DNA of 24,000 nt from Streptacidiphilus anmyonensis. Lineage in GTDB: Bacteria > Actinomycetota > Actinomycetes > Streptomycetales > Streptomycetaceae. Positions 1 through 6,912 of the stretch are shown here, in pieces. Both the position numbers and the translations under genes were made by a program. Below the pieces are notes generated by a model. It searched no databases. It had not been told where the DNA came from and saw only the letters and a list, made by a program, of their open reading frames with translations. The stretch is taken from assembly GCF_000787855.1 (NCBI RefSeq), contig NZ_BBPQ01000012.1, positions 86,383-110,382 of the forward strand. Direction: 5' to 3'. The stretch's first letter is position 1. Each line of letters starts with the position of its first letter.

Positions 1-1
1 G

Positions 2-301
2 ATCGACGTGCGGGACGTGGCGGCCCGCCTCGGCGAGCTGGCGCTCGCCGCGCCCGTGGACGGTCGCGCCCCCGACATCGGCGGGCCCCGGGTCCGCGAC
101 GCGCGGGAGCTGGCCCGCGTGTACCTGCTGGCGACGGGGCGCGGCCGGCGGCCGCTGCTCCCGGTCGCGGTCCCGGGCCGGGTCTTCGGCGCCTTCCGCG
201 CGGGCGGGAACCTGGTCCCCGGGGAGCCCTACGGGCGGATCGGCTTCGAGGAGTACCTCGGGAGCGTCGCGGAGCCGAGGTCGGCGGCGTACCACCGGTA
301 G
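2..301 (+). CDS. 3' end of a gene entering from upstream; probable NAD(P)H-binding (NmrA/atypical-SDR-like) protein, C-terminal ~100 aa
   Basis: Frame 2 is open from the window edge, so the GTG at 8 is internal. GC3 is high. Stop is TAG at 299-301. The tail (GGPRVRDARELARVYLLATGRGRRPLLPVAVPG...FEEYL) resembles C-termini of NAD(P)H-binding proteins, from memory only. Confidence 0.5.
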   Translation: MDVRDVAARLGELALAAPVDGRAPDIGGPRVRDARELARVYLLATGRGRRPLLPVAVPGRVFGAFRAGGNLVPGEPYGRIGFEEYLGSVAEPRSAAYHR

Positions 302-425
302 CACTCCCCGGGCCCCGGCCGACCGGTCTGCGGGCGCGAGCCGCCTTCTGCCGCCCAAGCTGCCGGTCATCTGCCTGGTGACCGTTCCGCCCGCGAACTT
401 GAATGTCCGCATAGGAGATCGCGAT

Positions 426-442
426 GGCGGGCGGGCGGGCGG
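426..442 (+). repeat. G-tract repeat GG(CGGG)3CGG in the leader of the small HTH ORF
   Basis: Read directly: ggcgggcgggcgggcgg, about 45 nt upstream of ATG 488. It has three G3 runs flanked by G2 runs, so it is a possible two/three-tetrad G-quadruplex on the coding strand. Confidence 0.4.
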
Positions 443-487
443 ACGGCAGGCCTGAGCCGCCCTACGCCCGGAGGAGGACGCCGGAAC

Positions 488-676
488 ATGATCGGATCGT
501 TTGGACTCAGCGGGGAGGGTGAGGTCGTCTACCGGCTGATGCTGGCTCAGCCGGACTGGTCGGTCGAGCAGATCGCGGACGGCCTGGGGTGGAGCTGCGA
601 CGCGGTGCGCGCCGCCCTGGGCCACCTCTCCGAGCAGGCGCTGCTCCGCTCGTCCCGGGGCGACGACGCGGTCTGA
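488..676 (+). CDS. Small (62 aa) winged-HTH protein resembling only the N-terminal module of larger TrmB-like-HTH/LuxR-type regulators; possibly a truncated remnant
   Basis: ATG is preceded by GGAGGAGG about 9 nt upstream. GC3 is high. The sequence GEGEVVYRLMLAQPDWSVEQIADGLGWSCDAVRAALGHLSEQALL has the helix-turn-helix-wing pattern seen at N-termini of long Streptomyces regulators. It ends at TGA 674-676, 21 nt before the convergent gene's stop. Confidence 0.55.
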   Translation: MIGSFGLSGEGEVVYRLMLAQPDWSVEQIADGLGWSCDAVRAALGHLSEQALLRSSRGDDAV

Positions 677-697
677 CGCCCGGGCACGGCCGTCCGG

Positions 698-1510
698 TCA
701 GTCGAGGTCGAGCCAGCTCCGGTGCCACAGCAGGGCGCACTGCCGGTCGCAGCCCAGCCCGCCGAGGGGTTCGCCCAGGCAGCGGAGACCGTCCAGCTGG
801 TACCACTCGCCGACGGGGTACTGCCAGCGCGGCAGGGCGCGGGGGACGACCTGGCGCAGGACGGGCAGGCGGCGGCCGACGTGGCGGGCCATGGCGGCGT
901 GGAAGGGGACGCCGAGGAGGGTGCCGTCGGGGCCGAGGGTCTGCTGGATCTCCTGGAGGCTGCGGACCGTGGCGTACCGCTGGGGCGCGGCGGGGGCGAC
1001 CGGGGCGTCCGCGGGGCGGACCCAGTCGTCGCGGAAGAGCAGGGCGCAGCCGAGGCCGCAGCCCTCGTCCTCCGGACCCGCGCCGGCGCAGGTCGCGCCG
1101 CGGAGCGTGACCGTGCGGGAGATGCGGCGCATCCGGTAGTGGTCGTCCAGCATGCGGCGGACGGTGTGCTCGACCTGGTACGTGCCGCCGCAGAAGGACC
1201 ACTGGGACCCGGTGAACCAGAGCCCGCCCAGCCGGTCGCCCGCGTCCAGCGTGGCGCGGACCTCCTCGACGCTGCGGACCGTGACCCAGCTGCCCACCTC
1301 GTACGCCGAAGGCCGCCCGCGCGCGGGCACGCCCGCGAGCCGCATCCGGGCGTGTTCGCGGATGCGGCGGGTGGGGCGGAGCACGCCGAACGGCGGGCGT
1401 GCGTGGATCGGCAGCCCCTCGTACTGGCAGCGCGCCGCCTGCATCGGCAACTGCGCTGCGGGCAGCGGCACTCCCGCGTTCCTCACGGTGTCGGCCGGGA
1501 GTTGGGACAT
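698..1510 (-). CDS. Uncharacterised 270-aa protein with two tandem copies of a Cys-containing domain
   Basis: ATG is at 1510 with GAGGAG 8 nt upstream. GC3 is very high. The track ORF 698..2872 is an artefactual extension through the permease gene. Internal repeat: residues ~75-164 and ~179-267 align (xTVRSxxEhxxTL...G...C-x9-C-x3-CALL[FW][RH]xxW). Confidence 0.8.
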   Translation of the reverse strand: MSQLPADTVRNAGVPLPAAQLPMQAARCQYEGLPIHARPPFGVLRPTRRIREHARMRLAGVPARGRPSAYEVGSWVTVRSVEEVRATLDAGDRLGGLWFTGSQWSFCGGTYQVEHTVRRMLDDHYRMRRISRTVTLRGATCAGAGPEDEGCGLGCALLFRDDWVRPADAPVAPAAPQRYATVRSLQEIQQTLGPDGTLLGVPFHAAMARHVGRRLPVLRQVVPRALPRWQYPVGEWYQLDGLRCLGEPLGGLGCDRQCALLWHRSWLDLD

Positions 1511-1651
1511 CGGACGGCTCCTCGTCGGCAGGCGCGTGGGCCTCGACGCGGGCCCGCTCCCCACCGCCGATCGTAGCCAGCCGACTACGTTTCGGAACCG
1601 CCCATCACCCGCCTGGAGTACGCGAACGTACCCGTGTTGACGCACGACGGG

Positions 1652-1682
1652 CCGCCTCGCCGCGGTGCGGGCGACGAGGCGG
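1652..1682 (-). terminator. Imperfect GC-rich hairpin downstream of the permease gene
   Basis: CCGCCTCG (1652-1659) pairs with CGAGGCGG (1675-1682). There is an inner CCGC/GCGG stem and a 4-nt bulge. It begins 17 nt after the permease stop. No U-tract follows, which is common in Streptomyces. Confidence 0.4.
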
Positions 1683-1698
1683 TCCGGGACGAAGGCGG

Positions 1699-3393
1699 TC
1701 AGGTGGTGGTGGGGGCTTCGGGCGGAGGCGTCGAGTAGCCCTTGGGCTCCTCCTCGACCTCCACGTCGCCGATGTACTCCTGGGTCTCCTCCGGGCTCAG
1801 CGCCACGGCCTGGGCCCAGTAGTAGATGGCCAGACTGAACCCGGCGATGATGACCATGTCCCACCAGAGCGGCAGGCTGTTCGACGCCCCGCAGGAGGTG
1901 GTCGTGGCCGGCCCGGAACTGCAGTACCGGCCTCGCCAGGAGATGATGCCCATGCCCAGCAGGTAGACCGGCAGCCACTGTGCGGACCGCCAGTCCATGT
2001 GCGGCGACTTGGAGTTGAGCTTGAACGTCACCGACGTGCCGAGCAGCAGGTAGCCGAGCAGGATGCCGATGCCGAGGCGCCACAGCGTGTCGAAGCCGGA
2101 CCAGTACATGATCAGGTTGGCCACGATGAAGGCGACCGGTGACCAGAAGTTGCCGGCCGGCAGCCGGTAGGGCCGGTAGCGGTCGGGATCGGACCTGCGC
2201 AGCACGCCGAAGGAGAGCGGTGCGCCCGCGTACATCAGCACCGACGCGGAGGTGATGAAGCCGACCAGCTTCTGCCAGGTCGGGAACGGCAGGAAGACGA
2301 CCAGGCCCATGACGAAGGCGAAGAGCAGGCCGAACCACGGCACGCCGCGCTTGGTGGTCTTCTCGAAGACCTCCGGCACGTAGCCGTTGCGGGACAGGCC
2401 GTACGAGACGCGGGACGTCGCCGTCGTGTAGATCAGGCCGGTGCCGGCGGGGGAGACCACCGCGTCGATGTAGAGGATGGTGGCCAGCCAGCCCACCCCG
2501 ATGGTCGTGGCCAGACCGGCGAACGGGCCGGCCTTGCCGGTGAAGGACAGGTTGGCCCAGCCGTTGGCGAACGCGCTGTGCGGCAGGGCGGCGATGAAGA
2601 CCACCTGCAGCATGATGTAGATCAGCGCGCCGAGCAGGATCGAGCCGATGACGGCGACCGGGATGTCGCGTTTCGGGTTGCGGCTCTCCCCGGCGAGCTG
2701 GTCGGCCTGTTCGAAGCCCAGCAGGGCGAAGATGATGCCGCTGGTGCTGATCGCGGAGAGCATGCCCTCCGAGCCGAAGGGCGAGAAGCCCTGGTAGCCG
2801 AAGTTGTTGCTGTGCCAGGCGGTGGCCGCGAAGACCAGGATGGTCAGGCACGGGATCGCGATCTTCCACCACGTCGCGGCGCTGTTGGTGTGCGCCAGGA
2901 ACTTGATGCCGAGCCAGTTGACGACCACGAAGAACGCCATGAACGCGACCGCGAGCGCGTAGCCGCCGCCGGTCAGGTGGTTCTTGCCGGTCTGGATCCA
3001 GCTCGCGTGGACCGAGAGGTAGTTCAGAGCCGCAAGGACCTCGATCGGGGCCACGGTGACGGCCTGCAGCCAGGAGAACCAGCCGAAGGAGGCGCCTGCC
3101 GCGGTGCCGAAGGCGTAGTGCGGGAACCGGCCGGTGCCGCCCGACACCGGATAGGCCGCGCCGAGCTCGGCGTGCACGAAGGCCAGGATGATGATGGCCG
3201 CGGCGCCGATGCCCCAGGAGACGAGCGCCGCCGTTCCGGCGGCCTGAGCGGCGAACAGTGCGCCGAAAAGCCAGCCCGAGCCGATGATCGACCCTACCGA
3301 TGTCCAGGTCAGACCGATCAGCCCGATGTCGCGTTTCAGCGCGTGCTGGCCTCCCTTGGTGGGAGGCGCGGTCGCGGTTGCCAAAGGGATCAC
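1699..3393 (-). CDS. APC-superfamily amino acid permease
   Basis: 564 aa, with about 12 hydrophobic segments. The N-terminal signature LKRDIGLIGLTWTSVGSIIGSGWLF...HAELGAAYPVSGG is typical of APC permeases. Start is ambiguous: GTG 3393, or TTG 3384 preceded by GAGGTGATC (9-nt match to the anti-SD) at ideal spacing. Confidence 0.9.
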   Translation of the reverse strand: MIPLATATAPPTKGGQHALKRDIGLIGLTWTSVGSIIGSGWLFGALFAAQAAGTAALVSWGIGAAAIIILAFVHAELGAAYPVSGGTGRFPHYAFGTAAGASFGWFSWLQAVTVAPIEVLAALNYLSVHASWIQTGKNHLTGGGYALAVAFMAFFVVVNWLGIKFLAHTNSAATWWKIAIPCLTILVFAATAWHSNNFGYQGFSPFGSEGMLSAISTSGIIFALLGFEQADQLAGESRNPKRDIPVAVIGSILLGALIYIMLQVVFIAALPHSAFANGWANLSFTGKAGPFAGLATTIGVGWLATILYIDAVVSPAGTGLIYTTATSRVSYGLSRNGYVPEVFEKTTKRGVPWFGLLFAFVMGLVVFLPFPTWQKLVGFITSASVLMYAGAPLSFGVLRRSDPDRYRPYRLPAGNFWSPVAFIVANLIMYWSGFDTLWRLGIGILLGYLLLGTSVTFKLNSKSPHMDWRSAQWLPVYLLGMGIISWRGRYCSSGPATTTSCGASNSLPLWWDMVIIAGFSLAIYYWAQAVALSPEETQEYIGDVEVEEEPKGYSTPPPEAPTTT

Positions 3394-3629
3394 CTCAATC
3401 CGACGGGGTCAGTCGGCGATCTCGGCGAGCCTGAGCGCGGTGGGCGCACAGCTCCCCGCAATCGGAGCCTGGCGACGGCAACGCGTAAGCAATATGTAAA
3501 TGACAAATCCAGCATAGGAGAGCAACCGTCGTCCGCATCTGCTGGGCTGCCCGGATTCGCGCTAGGGTCGTGATTCCCGGACGAGTGGGGGTACGCGGGG
3601 AGACCCGCGGGTGGACCGGAAGGAGCACG

Positions 3630-3866
3630 GTGGGCATGCCGGCGGACGAGGCGGTGATCGGCTGCACCGGACGCTTGCTCATCAGCACCCGCGGCAGCGA
3701 GGGCCCGGGTGAGGTGCTGGTGCGTGTCCGTGGCGGCTCCGAGGCCTTTCTGGCCTGGTCCGAGGAGCCGCTCGCGGTGGGTACCACGGTGCTGGTGATC
3801 GAGTCGCGCGGGGCGCGGCAGGTCGATGTGATCGAGTGGACAGATTCACTCGACGGCGGGGTGTAG
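3630..3866 (+). CDS. Short NfeD-like protein (soluble OB-fold domain only)
   Basis: GTG 3630 is preceded by GGAAGGAG 5 nt upstream. The 3570-3629 extension in the track uses rare codons (GGA, CGA, GTA) and is probably non-coding. The sequence GRLLISTRGSEGPGEVLVRVRGGSEAFLAWSEEPLAVGTTVLVIESRG matches the NfeD C-terminal beta-barrel pattern. It lies directly upstream of a flotillin gene. Confidence 0.7.
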   Translation: MGMPADEAVIGCTGRLLISTRGSEGPGEVLVRVRGGSEAFLAWSEEPLAVGTTVLVIESRGARQVDVIEWTDSLDGGV

Positions 3867-3965
3867 ACCCGGGTCCACCCCCCGGGTGTAGACATACCCG
3901 CGAGATGTTCCCTCACGGGGGATACCGCGAGGGTCCAGGATCTCTTGGACGAGGAGACGAGAAGG

Positions 3966-5120
3966 ATGTTCGGTTACCGCGTTCCCGCCCCGGATGAGGC
4001 GATGCTGATCTCCGGCGGCAGGCGTGGGCTGGAGGGGGCTCCGTTCCGTGTCGTCACCGGCCACGGCAAGTTCGTGCTGCCGGTCTTTCGGAAGACCCGC
4101 TTCCTCACGCTGGCGATGTGCGAGGCGGAGGTCGCCGAGACCTGCGTGACCCGCCAGGGGATCGCGCTCACGGTCCGCGCCGTGATCGCGTTCAAGGTCG
4201 GCAACGACCACGAGAGCATCGTCAACGCCGGTCAGCGGTTCCTTTCCGACCAGGACCAGATGGCGGTGCTGACGGGGAGGATCTTCGCCGGCCACCTGCG
4301 GTCGATCATCGGCTCGATGACGGTCGAGGAGATCGTCACCGAGCGGCAGAAGCTGGCCACCGAGGTGCTGGAGACCTCCAAGGCCGAGATGGCCAAGATC
4401 GGCCTGATCGTCGACTCGCTGCAGATCCAGTCGATCGACGACGGCGACGCGGGCTACATCAAGGCCATGGCCGCGCCGCACAAGGCCGCGATCCAGCGGG
4501 CGGCGCAGGTCGCGCAGGCCCAGGCGACCCAGGCGGCGGCCGAGGCGGAGCAGGCCGCCACGCGGAACCAGGCCGAGTACGCCCGGCAGACCGCGGTCGT
4601 GAAGGCCCAGTACAGCGCCGAGGTCGACCGGGCCCAGGCGCAGGCCGCGCAGGCCGGTCCGCTGGCCGCCGCGCACGCCCAGCAGGAGGTGCTCTCGGCG
4701 CAGACGGAGCTGGCCCAGCGCGCGGCCGAGCTGCGGCAGCAGCAACTGGTCGCGGAGATCGTCAAGCCCGCCGAGGCCGAGGCCGAGCGCATCCGGGTGC
4801 TGGCGCTGGCCGAGGCCGAGCGGATGAAGATCCAGGCGGAGGCGGCCGCCTCGCACGACCGCGTCGCCCTGGACCGGATGCTGATCGACCAGCTGCCGCT
4901 GATCGTCAAGGAGGCGGCGGGCGGTCTGGCCGGCGCCAACGTCAACGTGCTCAACGGCGCGGACGGTCTCGGCGAGATCGCCGCCGGGCTGGTCGGCCAG
5001 GGCCTGACCATCCTCGACTCGGTGCGCCGCAACCTCGGCGCCCCGGCGGGCAACAGCGACGAGGAGTCGCGCCCGCCCGTGCGCAAGCAGCTGAACGGCG
5101 GTCAGATCGAGGTCGACTGA
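3966..5120 (+). CDS. Flotillin-family SPFH/band-7 domain protein
   Basis: ATG 3966 is preceded by GAGAAGGA; the 3945 alternative would read AGA AGG rare codons. An SPFH core (LTLAMCEAEV...VRAVIAFKV...RSIIGSMTVEEI) is followed by a long Ala/Gln/Glu coiled-coil, as in flotillins. Confidence 0.88.
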   Translation: MFGYRVPAPDEAMLISGGRRGLEGAPFRVVTGHGKFVLPVFRKTRFLTLAMCEAEVAETCVTRQGIALTVRAVIAFKVGNDHESIVNAGQRFLSDQDQMAVLTGRIFAGHLRSIIGSMTVEEIVTERQKLATEVLETSKAEMAKIGLIVDSLQIQSIDDGDAGYIKAMAAPHKAAIQRAAQVAQAQATQAAAEAEQAATRNQAEYARQTAVVKAQYSAEVDRAQAQAAQAGPLAAAHAQQEVLSAQTELAQRAAELRQQQLVAEIVKPAEAEAERIRVLALAEAERMKIQAEAAASHDRVALDRMLIDQLPLIVKEAAGGLAGANVNVLNGADGLGEIAAGLVGQGLTILDSVRRNLGAPAGNSDEESRPPVRKQLNGGQIEVD

Positions 5121-5140
5121 CGGTCTATGGCTCCATCCCG

Positions 5141-5190
5141 GCCCCTGTCGGAGCCCGCGCACCGGCTGTAGCGCGGCTGTGACAGGGGGC
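5141..5190 (+). terminator. Compound hairpin after the flotillin gene
   Basis: GCCCCTGTC (5141-5149) pairs with GACAGGGGGC (5181-5190). It encloses an inner stem CCGCGC (5155-5160)/GCGCGG (5171-5176). It starts 21 nt after the stop at 5120. Confidence 0.5.
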
Positions 5191-5276
5191 GCACGGTTCT
5201 ACGATGCGCGCCGGGCAGTCTCTTCTCAGAGCGTCAGCTCAGAGTCACCGGACTGCCCGACCCAGGGGGACCCACC

Positions 5277-6347
5277 ATGCGCACCCGTCGCATCGCCGTC
5301 GCGATCGCTCTTGTCTCCGCCGTCACGGCGAGCGGCCTGCTCACGGCCTGCGACCCGAAGACCGGCCCCGCCGCCTCCGCTAGCCCGAGCGGCGCCGCCT
5401 CCGGCGGCGCCGGGGGCACCGGCGGCACGTCCGGCGGTTCGGCCTCGGGCGGCACGTCCGGGGGCTCCACCGGCGGTTCCACCGGGGGCACGTCCGGCGG
5501 CGGGACGGGCGTGCCGGTCTCCGTCAACGGCACCGGCGGGACCATGCTGACCATCAGCAACGGCACCAGCAAGGTCGTCATGAACGGCGCCGTCGTCGAC
5601 TTCGGCGTCGTCGTGCGCGACCTGGCCTGGTCCCCGGACGGCCGCAAGGCCGCCTTCATCGACGGGAACGGCAACCTCGACACCGCCAACGCCGACGGCA
5701 GCGGCCGCGTCGTGGTCGCCCGCAACCCCGGCGGTCAGACCTGGTCCCACCCCGCCTGGCAGGTCGTCAAGGCGGACCCGCAGTACGGCAACATCCCCCG
5801 GAACAACCTCTTCTTCGTTTCCGGCGGCGGCGCGGGCAGCCGACTGATGGAGGTTCCGACGGCGGGCGGCACGCCGGCCGTGCTGCCGCTCGAGCACGAG
5901 GCGGGCGACAACGTGCCCACGCTGCCGCAGACCGGCAACACCTGGATCAACGGCAGCGGCAGCTACAACGGCGCGAGCGTCTACGCCAACCCCGGCACCG
6001 GCGACGTCTACATCCGCGACGACTACATCCGCCAGCAGGGCTCCGAGGTCACCAACGGCTCCGAGCCGGCCCTGATCCCCGGCCAGGTCGAGTCCGGCAT
6101 CGTCTTCGTCCGCTCCGTGGGCGGGCACGACCACGTCTTCGTGGAGCGCTTCGGCTCGTCCACCGCGGACTCGACCTTCACCGACCTCACCCCGCACGCC
6201 ACCACCGACTACACCGAGCCCGCGGTCTCCCCGGACGGCCGCACCGTCGCGGTGCGCACGCCGAGCGGTGTCGCGGTCGTCCCGATCGACGGCTCCGCCG
6301 CGCCGAGGCTGATCTCCTCGGTTCCGGGCCTGCCCGCCTACCGCTGA
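5277..6347 (+). CDS. Lipoprotein with Gly/Ser/Thr linker and TolB/PD40-like beta-propeller repeats
   Basis: Signal peptide ends in the lipobox LLTAC. This is followed by a ~45-aa GGTSGG-type linker. Motifs LAWSPDGRKAAF and AVSPDGRTVAV are typical WD40-like/PD40 blades. Confidence 0.8.
   Translation: MRTRRIAVAIALVSAVTASGLLTACDPKTGPAASASPSGAASGGAGGTGGTSGGSASGGTSGGSTGGSTGGTSGGGTGVPVSVNGTGGTMLTISNGTSKVVMNGAVVDFGVVVRDLAWSPDGRKAAFIDGNGNLDTANADGSGRVVVARNPGGQTWSHPAWQVVKADPQYGNIPRNNLFFVSGGGAGSRLMEVPTAGGTPAVLPLEHEAGDNVPTLPQTGNTWINGSGSYNGASVYANPGTGDVYIRDDYIRQQGSEVTNGSEPALIPGQVESGIVFVRSVGGHDHVFVERFGSSTADSTFTDLTPHATTDYTEPAVSPDGRTVAVRTPSGVAVVPIDGSAAPRLISSVPGLPAYR
5373..5510 (+). repeat. Imperfect tandem coding repeat (GGTSGG linker)
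   Basis: The 11-mer GGCACGTCCGG occurs at 5424-5434, 5451-5461 and 5487-5497. The surrounding sequence is GGC/ACC/TCC-rich low complexity. Confidence 0.7.
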
Positions 6348-6889
6348 GCGATCTCCCGCTCCAGCGTGGCCAGATGCGCCGTCGCGGCGTCGTCGTGGGG
6401 GAGGAACTCGACGACGCCGAGGAAGCGGAACAGGACCTGGGTGTCCGTCACCGCGTACTCGTAGTCGGCGAACCCGACCACGGCGCCGGTCGCGCCGCGC
6501 GCGGCGCCCCGGTCCAGCACCCTGCGGCGCGCCTGCGGCCGCGCGAGGTACGGGCAGACCATCGACGCGTAGAGCATGCAGGCCCGGTGCCCCGGCCCCT
6601 CCCAGGTCGGGGCGAGGTTCCGGTACGGCGCCCCGGTGGCGAGAGCGGCGCCGATGGCCTCCGCCTCGGCAGCCCCGACGACCCGGAACACGGGCGCGTC
6701 GGTCGGCATCGCGGTCCCGCACACCGAGCAGAGGCGCTCCCGCGCGCAGGCCGCGCTCTTCTCGTAGTCGGTCAGCGCGAAGCGCGGCTCCCCGTCCTCG
6801 AACGGCGTGATGGCGGGCACGGGATAGCCCCTCGGGTCCCGCGGCCTGGCGGCCACGGCCCGGGGCTTCGGCACGGCGTCGAATCGCAC
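6338..6889 (-). CDS. Conserved-looking hypothetical protein with Cys/His cluster (C-x5-C-x2-C ... H-x2-C-x7-CP)
   Basis: 183-aa ORF with high GC3, 23 nt downstream of the protease stop on the same strand. GTG 6889 has no clear SD, so the start is uncertain (in-frame GTGs at ~6874 and ~6856). I recognise no family with confidence. Confidence 0.6.
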   Translation of the reverse strand: MRFDAVPKPRAVAARPRDPRGYPVPAITPFEDGEPRFALTDYEKSAACARERLCSVCGTAMPTDAPVFRVVGAAEAEAIGAALATGAPYRNLAPTWEGPGHRACMLYASMVCPYLARPQARRRVLDRGAARGATGAVVGFADYEYAVTDTQVLFRFLGVVEFLPHDDAATAHLATLEREIAQR

Positions 6890-6912
6890 GGGGGGAATCT
6901 ACCCCGGCGCCG

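Noticed and set aside
722-1576. A plus-strand 284-aa ORF lies in the same frame as the small HTH ORF (488-676). It is separated from it only by the TGA at 674-676, suggesting a read-through or pseudogenised long regulator.
   Set aside because: It is the codon-aligned antisense of the well-supported minus-strand gene 698-1510. Its third positions are much less GC-rich (many cca, gta, cat, gaa, ggt codons). Its product is Ala/Gly/Asp/Arg low-complexity typical of antisense artefacts.
1511-2872. The upstream part of the 724-aa minus-strand track ORF (698..2872).
   Set aside because: It overlaps the APC permease gene out of frame. The translated sequence is Arg/Pro/His/Gly-rich nonsense. The real gene starts at ATG 1510 with a GAGGAG SD.
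3846-5182. Long ORFs antisense to or out of frame with the flotillin gene (3846..5162 minus, 4118..5182 plus, 4454..5086 minus).
   Set aside because: These are typical high-GC shadow ORFs with Arg/Gly/Pro/Asp-rich products and no start context. The flotillin frame has clear family similarity.
5226-6722. A 498-aa minus-strand ORF spanning the lipoprotein gene, and a plus-strand ORF at 6374..6973.
   Set aside because: Both are shadow frames of the supported genes 5277-6347 (plus) and 6338-6889 (minus). They have low-complexity Arg/Gly/Asp composition.
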